NCBI GenBank assembly: GCA_964654025.1
Contig: CAZZIF010000002.1
Coordinates: 883 to 64,882 of the forward strand
Length of the DNA stretch: 64,000 bases
Direction of reading: 5' to 3'
From: an uncultured bacterium
GTDB lineage: Bacteria > Eisenbacteria > RBG-16-71-46 > CAIMUX01 > WJJG01
In this document: piece by piece, positions 47,707-59,277 of the stretch
Layout: the number at the start of each line of letters is the position of its first letter
Numbering within the stretch: position 1 is the first letter of the stretch
Notes under the pieces: generated by a model
The model's database searches: none
Seen by the model: the letters and a program-made list of their open reading frames with translations, nothing else
Told to the model about the DNA's origin: nothing
Made by a program: the position numbers and the translations under genes

Positions 47707-49283
47707 AGATCTGCCTCCCTCATCGTCTTGTGCAATTCATCCAGGAAGTGGCGGACGGCGTAGGGATCCTGTAACAGATATTGGGCGTGGGTTTCATGAG
47801 GGCCACCCATGACGGCGATTGCGAGTCCCCTCTCCGAGAGAGCCCCGAAGGCGTCTTCGTCGGTGACGTCATCGCCGATGTAGAGGGGAACCGCCCGGGC
47901 CTCGTCCAGATGCTGCACATCGAGAATCCAGTGGACCGCGCGTCCCTTGTCCCACGGGATGTTGGGTCCGAGGTCGAAGACCTTGCGTCCCCGCGAGACC
48001 CGCAGTTGCGGAATCTCGTCGGTGATCGCGCTGACCTCGGCGGCGATGACCGGAATCAGGCCGGGATCGACCTGGCGCACATGGATTGCGATAGAGTAGC
48101 TCTTGCGCTCGAGTTCTGCGCCCGCCACGCGGCCTACGAGGCTGCGGAGTTTCTGCTCGGCCTCCTCGAGCTTCGGCAAGGTCGCCTGGGCATCGTCCTG
48201 GACGAAGGTCTCTCCCTTCGGCCCTTCGATCTCGAAGCCGTGGCTGCCGGCGTACCACAGGTTCTCGAGCCCGACGCGCCGCTTCACGTCTTGAAGGTCA
48301 CGGCCGCTGACCACGGCAGTGGGAACGCATTGCGCGAGGGTCGCCATGCTCCTGCGCGTCGCCTCGGGTAGGTCCGCCTGGTTGGGATCGTCCACAATCG
48401 GCGAAAGGGTGCCGTCGAAATCGAGAAAGACCGCCAGCTGGCGGTTCCCCAGCTTCTGGGGGAGTGAGTGCAGTAGACGTATCGCGTCCGGCAAAGCGGC
48501 TTTCCGCCGCTGGGGGCCCTGCTTCTTGGGATGGGTCATCTTCACGTCGCCCAGGTCATTGACGACGACATCCGCGCCACCATCGTGAAGATCCTGGTGA
48601 TTGGCATTGCGCGCCACGCCGAGCACGCAGCCGAATCCCCCCCGGTGGCCCGCCGCTACGCCCGACACGGCATCCTCAATCACGATAGCCCGGGCAGGCG
48701 AGACCGACAGGCGCCGAGCGGCCTCCAAGAAGGTGTCGGGTTGCGGCTTGCCGGCCAGACTCTGGCGTTCGGCTTCGACACCATCGACGATGACCTCGAA
48801 GAGGTGATCGAGGTGGGCCGCCTCGAGCAGGGCCCGGGCGTTCTTGCTTGACGAGACCAGGCCGAGGTGGATGCCCCGTTTCTTGGCCTCGTTGAAGAAG
48901 TCGACGGAACTATCGTAGCGCTCCACCCCATCGCGCTGAATTCGCTCGCGGAACTTGCGGTTCTTGTCGTTGCCGATCCCGCAGACCGTCTCACGATCCG
49001 GTAGATCCTCCGGCGAACCCCAGGGCAGCTTGATACCGCGGGAGTCCAGGAAGGACTTGACACCCTCGTAGCGGGGCAGTCCGTCCACGTAGCGCAAGTA
49101 GTCGTGGCGGGGATCGAAGGGATCCTGCGCCTCACCGGTCTTGCCTGAATACTTCGCCAGGAACTCATCGAAGGCGTCCTTCCAGGCCGCCGCGTGGACC
49201 GTCGCCGAACGGGTGACGACGCCGTCGAGATCGCTGATGATGGCATCATAGCGATCCGGCAGGACGATCATCTCTGCAATCAT
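47688..49283 (-). CDS. otsB: Fusion protein: beta-phosphoglucomutase-like HAD domain (N-terminal) + trehalose-6-phosphate phosphatase OtsB domain (C-terminal)
   Basis: AAGGGGG RBS before the ATG at 49283. N-terminal DAIISDLDGVV...GKPQPD (HAD motifs I-III, PgmB-like). C-terminal AVFLDFDGTLSPIVDDP...YIGDDVTDEDAF (T6PP motifs). An in-frame His-rich repeat region upstream (to 49493) leaves an alternative longer start open. Confidence 0.75.
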   Translation of the reverse strand: MIAEMIVLPDRYDAIISDLDGVVTRSATVHAAAWKDAFDEFLAKYSGKTGEAQDPFDPRHDYLRYVDGLPRYEGVKSFLDSRGIKLPWGSPEDLPDRETVCGIGNDKNRKFRERIQRDGVERYDSSVDFFNEAKKRGIHLGLVSSSKNARALLEAAHLDHLFEVIVDGVEAERQSLAGKPQPDTFLEAARRLSVSPARAIVIEDAVSGVAAGHRGGFGCVLGVARNANHQDLHDGGADVVVNDLGDVKMTHPKKQGPQRRKAALPDAIRLLHSLPQKLGNRQLAVFLDFDGTLSPIVDDPNQADLPEATRRSMATLAQCVPTAVVSGRDLQDVKRRVGLENLWYAGSHGFEIEGPKGETFVQDDAQATLPKLEEAEQKLRSLVGRVAGAELERKSYSIAIHVRQVDPGLIPVIAAEVSAITDEIPQLRVSRGRKVFDLGPNIPWDKGRAVHWILDVQHLDEARAVPLYIGDDVTDEDAFGALSERGLAIAVMGGPHETHAQYLLQDPYAVRHFLDELHKTMREADLCQSGI

Positions 49284-49295
49284 GATGGGACCCCC

Positions 49296-49379
49296 TTCAT
49301 GGGCGCCTTGATGGGTGCCTTCATGGGCGCCTTCATGGACGCCTCCATGGGCGCCTCCATGGGCGCCTCCATGCGCGGC
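49296..49379. repeat. 12-bp tandem repeat (TTCATGGGCGCC) x7; in frame with the downstream (minus-strand) otsB-like ORF it would encode (H/A)xGA His-rich repeats
   Basis: Direct reading. Confidence 0.85.
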
Positions 49380-49698
49380 CGGTCGGATCCTCCCGCGCTT
49401 GTTCGAAGAAAGATCCAGCCCCCGCGATCGGGTAGTCGATGCGTTGACGCTAAGCCCAGTCCAGGCAGGCAACAACGGGGGGCGGCCTTGCATGGCACTG
49501 GGGGATCACCCCACCCGTGGGATCGGGAGTGGTGGGAGAGGGAATCGGTTCATCTCGTATGGGCTACCCGAACGAGAGCGCGCATCCTGGGTGTGACGCA
49601 TCGTTGGCCGGCCATGAAGACGCAGCCCGAAGACGCAGTCCGAAGACGCAGTCCCATGTCCGACCATGATCCATGGACGTGAACCAAAGGAGGCCAAG

Positions 49699-50136
49699 GT
49701 GAGCAAGCGCAAGGCGACTGCCCGGTGGCAGGGTAACCTTCGAGATGGTCAGGGGACGATCAGCCTGCAGAGCGGTGCCTTCGAGGGGACCTACGACTTC
49801 CCCTCCCGATTCGAGTCGGGTCCGAATACCAATCCGGAAGAACTGATCGGCGCCGCTCTCGCCGGATGCTATGCCATGGCCTTCACCGGAGTGGCCGAAC
49901 AGCACGGACACTCGCCCCGTGATGTCAACGTGGAGGCCGAGGTCACACTCGAGCGGGGTGAGGAAGGATTCGCGGTTTCGTCGATTCGCTTGTATGTGAA
50001 TGCGGTGGTTCCGGACCTCGAGAAGAAGGATTTCGAGCGGTTTGCAGGCCAGGCCAAGGACTCGTGTGTGATTGCCAAGGCCCTGCGAGGGGTGGAGATT
50101 GAACTCCGAACGTCGTTGAAGGAATCGGCGCAGTAG
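49699..50136 (+). CDS. osmC: OsmC-family peroxiredoxin
   Basis: GTG start with an AAAGGAGG RBS 5 nt upstream. ARWQGNLRDGQGTIS...NPEELIGAALAGCYAMAF aligns with E. coli OsmC, including the conserved Cys pair. Confidence 0.8.
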   Translation: MSKRKATARWQGNLRDGQGTISLQSGAFEGTYDFPSRFESGPNTNPEELIGAALAGCYAMAFTGVAEQHGHSPRDVNVEAEVTLERGEEGFAVSSIRLYVNAVVPDLEKKDFERFAGQAKDSCVIAKALRGVEIELRTSLKESAQ

Positions 50137-50188
50137 TCAGGTGGCGGCTGTGTTCCTAAGATTCGTGCCGCCCTTCGCGGGCCCGCGG

Positions 50189-51133
50189 CTAGTCTTCCAG
50201 AACCACCCGGCCTGAAACCAAGTCCAACAGCTCTCCGGTGATGGCCTGTTGGCGTTGCTGGTTGTGCTGCTGGGTGAGATCGTCCAAACGGTCCTCGATG
50301 TCTTGCTCGGCCGCCTGCATCGACGTCAACCGACTCGCCTGCTCACTGGCCGCCGACTCGGCCAGTGCGCGGAACATGGTGACGAACAGGTACTGCCGGA
50401 TGAGACCTGCGAGAAGCCGGTCCCGGTTCATGCGTGCGATCGGAAGTGAACGAGAGTGCCACGGACGGTTGACGAGATGCCGCAGATGAGACAGGTCCAG
50501 GGGCCAGAGGGTCGTCTCCTCCGGGCGGTATCGGGAGGCCGAGAGGCGCCGGTTGTGGAAGAGGCGAATGCGCTGGATGGCGTGTTCGCTTCGCCATCGT
50601 TCGGCCTGGACGAGAGCCTCGCCGGCTTGCCGGGCGATGCCCTCGGCCTGCGGGGGCACGTCGACGCGGCGGCTCACCCTCAGGCCGGCATCTTGGAGTC
50701 GGGCGGCGACCCGCTCTCCGATCGCCAAGATCCTCGGGCGGGTATCGTCGGTATCTTCGGGTTCGGAGGGACCACCGCCGCCGTCGCCGGCCTTCGGATT
50801 CCCGGCCGTCGACTCAGCATCGCGAGCCAGCTTCTCGATAGCCAGCGAGGCGATATCGTCATTGAACTGCCCGCACATTCCCTGATCCGATCCGATCACG
50901 ATCGCGGCCGTCTCCCGGCCGAGGGGAGTCAGCACTTCCTTCAGTTTCGCGTCCGAGTTTCGCAGCGCAACCTGAAGGGCCAGATCAATCGCCTGCCCCC
51001 ACTCCCCCACGGCGTCGGCCGCGTGCTCGTATTGCCGGATACTGGCGGCAGCGAGGGCCTTCATGCTCTTGACGACCGAATGGAGGTCCTTCGTGCGCTC
51101 GATGCGTCGCTGAAGTGCTCCGAGGGTTTGCAT
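50189..51133 (-). CDS. atpG: N-ATPase (F-type) gamma subunit
   Basis: Gamma N- and C-terminal coiled-coil motifs (RRIERTKDLHSVVKSMKALAAAS, ...ITGELLDLVSG). Contains an acidic ~35-aa insertion (GNPKAGDGGGGPSEPEDTDD). Confidence 0.8.
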   Translation of the reverse strand: MQTLGALQRRIERTKDLHSVVKSMKALAAASIRQYEHAADAVGEWGQAIDLALQVALRNSDAKLKEVLTPLGRETAAIVIGSDQGMCGQFNDDIASLAIEKLARDAESTAGNPKAGDGGGGPSEPEDTDDTRPRILAIGERVAARLQDAGLRVSRRVDVPPQAEGIARQAGEALVQAERWRSEHAIQRIRLFHNRRLSASRYRPEETTLWPLDLSHLRHLVNRPWHSRSLPIARMNRDRLLAGLIRQYLFVTMFRALAESAASEQASRLTSMQAAEQDIEDRLDDLTQQHNQQRQQAITGELLDLVSGRVVLED

Positions 51134-51142
51134 GGACGTACC

Positions 51143-52741
51143 TCATCCACGTTTCTTCAGGATCGACCGGGCCGCGTCCAAGAACGCCTGGCGGTCCTCA
51201 TCCAAGAGCTTCTCCCCGTCCCGGATGCGTTGACTCTGGTCTGCGAGCTTCCCGGGAACCGTGTCTTGGATCTCGCCCAGGACCTCACCCACCTGCTCGG
51301 TGGGCACCGAGTCGAAGAGCCCCTCGTTGAGGGACAGTAAGACGGCGATCTGCTCCGGGACGGTGCGTGGGTGATACTGTGGTTGCTTGAGCACTTCACG
51401 CACCCGGCGGCCTCGCGCCAACGTGGCCTTGGTTTCCTCGTCGAGTCGTGTTCCGAACCGGGCGAAGGACTCCAGCTCTTCGAACTGCGAATACGCCAGG
51501 CGGAGATCTCCCGCAACGGCCCGGTACGCGTCCAGCTGGGCCTTGCCGCCCACGCGTGAGACCGACTTGCCGACATCGACCGCCGGCAAGACGCCTCGTT
51601 GCTGTAGGGTGGGCGAGAGGTAGATCTGCCCATCAGTGATCGAGATCAGGTTCGTGGGGATGTAGGCCGAGATGTTCTGCGCTTGCGTCTCGATGATCGG
51701 CAGGGCCGTTACCGAACCACCGCCCTCCCGATCGCGGAGATGGGTGGCACGTTCGAGCAATCGCGCGTGGACGTAGAAGATATCACCGGGATAGGCTTCA
51801 CGAGCCGGCGGTCGACGCAGAAGCAGGGAGAGTTCCCGGTAGGCCCGGGCGTGCCGGGTGAGATCGTCGAAGACCACCAGTGCATCTTGGCCTTGATCCA
51901 TGTAGTACTCAGCCATGCTCATCGCCGCGTAGGGCGCCACGTACTTGAGACCGGGGGGCTCGTCGCCACCTGCGAAGACGACCGTGCAGGTGTCGAACGC
52001 TCCGTGGGATCGCAAATCGTCGACGACTCGGGCCACGGCCGTGCCGCGCAGGCCGATGGCGCAGTAGATGCATCGAACCTGGGTATCCCGCTGATTGAGG
52101 ATCGCATCGATCGCGATGGCGGTCTTGCCGGTGCGGCGATCCCCGAGAATCAGCTCCCGTTGTCCACGGCCAACCGGAATGAGCGCATCCACGACCCTCA
52201 GTCCAGTCTGCAGCGGAACCGAGACGGGCGCGCGATCGAGGATCTCCGGCGCCGATCGTTCGATTGGACGCCGCTCCTCGGTCTCCACGGGCCCCTGGCG
52301 GTCGAGCGGCCGCCCGGTTGGATCGATGACGCGCCCCAACAGCTTATCGCCCACGGGTACATCCACAACACGGCCCGTCCGCCGAACGATCGATCGCGAC
52401 CCAATCTCGTCCCAGGCATCCAGGAGGGCAATGCCGACCCGGTTGGGCTTCAGCGTGAGGGCCATGCCGCGGAAGCCGCCCTCGAAATGAAGCAGCTCCT
52501 GGGAGCCCACGTGGGGAAGCCCGTCGGCATCGGCGACGCCACGTCCCACCTGCAGAACGGTGCCGACCTCCTCGATGTCCAGCCGGGCAGGCTGGTCCTG
52601 CAGGGTTTGCTCTACCGCGGAGGCCACATCTTCAAGCACGCCTTCGAGCACGCCTTCGAGCGCGCCTTCAAGCGTGCCTTCAGGCACGGCTTCAGGCACG
52701 TCTGCAAGACCGTGCCGGTTGGTGCTGTTTGGGGCCGTCAT
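51143..52741 (-). CDS. atpA: N-ATPase (F-type) alpha subunit; N-terminus carries an in-frame 12-bp x7 tandem repeat encoding (VPEA/TLEG/VLEG) repeats
   Basis: P-loop [15 protein letters not shown]. Repeat at 52631-52714 inside the CDS. Confidence 0.85.
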   Translation of the reverse strand: MTAPNSTNRHGLADVPEAVPEGTLEGALEGVLEGVLEDVASAVEQTLQDQPARLDIEEVGTVLQVGRGVADADGLPHVGSQELLHFEGGFRGMALTLKPNRVGIALLDAWDEIGSRSIVRRTGRVVDVPVGDKLLGRVIDPTGRPLDRQGPVETEERRPIERSAPEILDRAPVSVPLQTGLRVVDALIPVGRGQRELILGDRRTGKTAIAIDAILNQRDTQVRCIYCAIGLRGTAVARVVDDLRSHGAFDTCTVVFAGGDEPPGLKYVAPYAAMSMAEYYMDQGQDALVVFDDLTRHARAYRELSLLLRRPPAREAYPGDIFYVHARLLERATHLRDREGGGSVTALPIIETQAQNISAYIPTNLISITDGQIYLSPTLQQRGVLPAVDVGKSVSRVGGKAQLDAYRAVAGDLRLAYSQFEELESFARFGTRLDEETKATLARGRRVREVLKQPQYHPRTVPEQIAVLLSLNEGLFDSVPTEQVGEVLGEIQDTVPGKLADQSQRIRDGEKLLDEDRQAFLDAARSILKKRG

Positions 52742-53628
52742 CGGACTTGCTCCCGCTGCTTCTCCGGCGCGCTTGGCTCGTCTTGCTCGCCCGATTCCCC
52801 TTCTCCTTCCTCACGGTCAGGGTTACCGCGGGTCGCCGGGTGATCCAAGAGTCCCACGAGGTTCTCCTCGAGTCGATCCAGGTGATGATCGAGACTCCAG
52901 GCCAACCGATGTCCGCCCGCCGATAGCTCGAGACCGCAGAGGAGATCGTCGTCCTCGGTCGCGTGGATCTCGACCTGCATGTCGAGGCGCCCTTCGACCG
53001 CCTCCTGAAGTCTCTTGCCAGCATCATCCGATAGAGCGTGCGAGCTTCGAACATGGAGTGTCCCGTCGTTGTCGCGCACCGCCTTGGCAAGAGGCTTCGT
53101 CTTCTCCTCGTCGAGAGCCTCGAGTTTCTCGATCAAGGTGGAGACGATCTGAGCATGGAGTTCCTGGTCGGCGAGCTCGTGCAGCGCGTGACGACTCACG
53201 GCGCAGACCTGCCGGCCCGACTCTCTCCGGAGAGCCTTCAGGAAGTCGCCGCGCTCGCGCTCGAGGCTTTGGACCCAACGCTGCCGTCGGGCCTGGATGT
53301 CATCGCGCAGTCGGCGCGATTCTTCCGCATGCTGCTTCTCAGCCTTCTCCCGAGCGGATCGGAGGATTGCCTGCCGTTCGCCTTCGAGCTCCTCCTTCTG
53401 TCGCCGCAACTCCGCCTGGCGCCGTTCGGCCGCTTTCTCCTTCTCCTGGGCTTCGTCGAGGTGTTCGGCGATGCGCCGTTCGCGCGCATCCATGGCGGCG
53501 ACGATGCGGTCGTACAGGAAGTGCTTCAAGAGCAGCACCAGGATCACGAAGTTGACAATCTGGGCTCCGAATGTGAACCAATCAATCTGCACGGCAAGCC
53601 GTCCTATTGTTGAGTGAAGTGACTCCAA
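52738..53628 (-). CDS. atpF: N-ATPase subunit b (long, 296 aa; possibly b/delta-like)
   Basis: Single N-terminal TM helix, then a long charged coiled-coil ([28 protein letters not shown]). Start uncertain; as called it overlaps the 3' end of atpE by ~25 nt. Confidence 0.55.
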   Translation of the reverse strand: MESLHSTIGRLAVQIDWFTFGAQIVNFVILVLLLKHFLYDRIVAAMDARERRIAEHLDEAQEKEKAAERRQAELRRQKEELEGERQAILRSAREKAEKQHAEESRRLRDDIQARRQRWVQSLERERGDFLKALRRESGRQVCAVSRHALHELADQELHAQIVSTLIEKLEALDEEKTKPLAKAVRDNDGTLHVRSSHALSDDAGKRLQEAVEGRLDMQVEIHATEDDDLLCGLELSAGGHRLAWSLDHHLDRLEENLVGLLDHPATRGNPDREEGEGESGEQDEPSAPEKQREQVR

Positions 53629-53873
53629 AATGGATTGGCGAAGATCAGGATGATCGCCACCACGAAGCAGTAGATGGCGGTCGACTCGATCATCGCCATC
53701 CCTACGAAGAGGGTTCGCGTGATCGTGTTCGATTCATCCGGTTGCTGTGCGATGGCGGCGAGCGCCCGAGCGAGTGCACGCCCCTCACCGAGGGCCGGAC
53801 CGATCGATCCGATCGCGATCGTGAGTCCGGAGATGATGATCGATCCGAGAGCTACGAGGTCCGCGCTTTCCAT
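53604..53873 (-). CDS. atpE: N-ATPase subunit c with complete Na+-binding signature
   Basis: 89 aa, two TM helices. Helix 1 has Q (AQQPDE). Helix 2 has [23 protein letters not shown], matching the Ilyobacter tartaricus E65-S66-T67...Y70 Na+ ligands ([21 protein letters not shown]). Confidence 0.8.
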   Translation of the reverse strand: MESADLVALGSIIISGLTIAIGSIGPALGEGRALARALAAIAQQPDESNTITRTLFVGMAMIESTAIYCFVVAIILIFANPFWSHFTQQ

Positions 53874-53933
53874 GAGTCCTTCTCCTGATTGGCCATTCGG
53901 TGGTAGCGGCGCCCGGTGCCGGCCACGCCGTGG

Positions 53934-54605
53934 CTAGTTGTCCTGTATTCTCGAGGCCGAGGCGATGTAGACCATCGCGAGCACGGCGAAGATGTAAGCG
54001 TGAATCTGTCCAATGAGCAGTTGCAGGGCCTGCATCACCGCCGGGAAGATGACCGGCACGACGGTCAGCAAGACGGCCACGATCAGCGTGCCGCTCATGA
54101 CGTTGCCGAACAGACGCACGGCCAGCGCGAGCGTTCGCGATAGCTCCCCGATCACGTGGAAGGGGAGCATCAGGGCAGAGGGCCTCACGTAGTGTGCCAG
54201 GTACCCTCTGAGGCCGCTGCGAGCAATGCCATAGGCCGGCACTGCCACGAATACGCACGCCGCCAGCGCACCGGTCGTCGACAGGGAGCCGGTCGGGGCA
54301 TGGTAGCCGGGAACGATGCTCAGGAAATTGGCCAGTGAGATGAACAGGAAGAGCGTACCCAGGAAAGGGAGATACCGAGCCGTCTTGCCACTGGTCACCT
54401 CCCGGATCTGATCCTGCATGTAGCTCACCACGGCCTCGAGCATCATCTGCCAGCGCGAGTAAGGTGGTTGCGAGGTGATTCGCCGGGTGACCAGCTGGGC
54501 CATCCCGACCAGCAGGAGCATCACGACCCAGGTGAAGACCAGGGTCGCATTGAGCGCAACCGGCCCCAGCTGGACGATGACGATACTGTCTGGGTTGATT
54601 TCCAT
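53934..54605 (-). CDS. atpB: N-ATPase subunit a
   Basis: Five TM helices. Conserved stator Arg in LAVRLFGNVMSG. Confidence 0.8.
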   Translation of the reverse strand: MEINPDSIVIVQLGPVALNATLVFTWVVMLLLVGMAQLVTRRITSQPPYSRWQMMLEAVVSYMQDQIREVTSGKTARYLPFLGTLFLFISLANFLSIVPGYHAPTGSLSTTGALAACVFVAVPAYGIARSGLRGYLAHYVRPSALMLPFHVIGELSRTLALAVRLFGNVMSGTLIVAVLLTVVPVIFPAVMQALQLLIGQIHAYIFAVLAMVYIASASRIQDN

Positions 54606-54644
54606 ACCATACCCTTTGGGTGTTGTTTGCGAACTGGATGACGA

Positions 54645-54941
54645 TCAGAGCCTTCCCACGAGGATGCCCTTCTTGGGGCCCAGGCGGCGGATCAGAATCG
54701 TTCGCGCGGCGATGAACCCAGCCAATGACGCCAGGACCGCCGGCCAGCCCCAGTGGATCGCCAGCAGCGAAATCACATAGATCGCAACCGAGAAACGCAC
54801 GAGCAGGGCCAGGACCGTCAGTGCGGTCGGCCAACGGGTGTGAGGCAGGCGGTGCGTCATCCACCACAGGACGCTGAAGTAGAATGCGCCCAGGGCTAGC
54901 CCCGCGATCAGCGACAGAATGACTTGGCCGACTACAGACAT
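54645..54941 (-). CDS. atpR: N-ATPase accessory membrane protein AtpR
   Basis: 98 aa, 3 TM helices with a conserved Arg. Positioned between atpQ and atpB as in N-ATPase operons. Confidence 0.55.
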   Translation of the reverse strand: MSVVGQVILSLIAGLALGAFYFSVLWWMTHRLPHTRWPTALTVLALLVRFSVAIYVISLLAIHWGWPAVLASLAGFIAARTILIRRLGPKKGILVGRL

Positions 54942-55020
54942 GATGGTCTGCGTACTCCCTTCTCCGAAATGCGTTCGGCGCGGCCGCCCTCGCCGACCCG
55001 GTGCGATCTGCGGACTCGCG

Positions 55021-55423
55021 CTACCGTGATTCCTGACGGTTCTGGATGCGTTCGGCTTCGCCTCCGCCTTCCGATGGGGGCGGTCCCTGCCCGGTTGCGG
55101 GCGAATCGTCCCGATGGATCTGTTCTCGTTCGCGGCGCACCCAGAACCATGCGTTTAGGCAGCCCAGGGTCACGCCGATGATCATGAACGTCAGCGTCCA
55201 GGAAACGGAGGTGCCTGAATGGCCTTGTTGGGCATCGAGCCAGAGTCCTACCACGATGCCGATCACCGTAGGGATGGCCACGGACCAGCCGACGATGCCG
55301 AAGGTCCCCAACCCGAACCACAGGCTGTGCTCCTTCTGCTTTGCGGCGCGCATTTTGCGCCGACGTTTCCGCTCGGCGGCCTGGCGGAAGCGCTTGGCCC
55401 CGGGCTCCATTCGGGGAGCGGGC

Positions 55424-55431
<8 letters not shown>
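55021..55431 (-). CDS. atpQ: N-ATPase accessory membrane protein AtpQ (AtpZ/AtpI-like)
   Basis: 136 aa. Basic N-terminus then 2-3 TM helices. Position after atpC is characteristic of atpDCQRBEFAG. Confidence 0.5.
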
Positions 55432-59194
<3,763 letters not shown>

Positions 59195-59277
59195 GACCGG
59201 CACTCGGGGCGGAGAGGTCCCCGAAGAAGGACAGGGAGCGAAGGATGGCGGTAGATGCGGATGGCTGAGGAGGAATC

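Noticed and set aside
49284-49493. Longer start (ATG 49493) for the HAD-T6PP gene, including the His-rich repeat tail
   Set aside because: This is not fully rejected. The ATG at 49283 has a strong AAGGGGG RBS and the 49493 ATG has none, so the shorter CDS is reported. The in-frame 12-bp repeat leaves the longer form possible.
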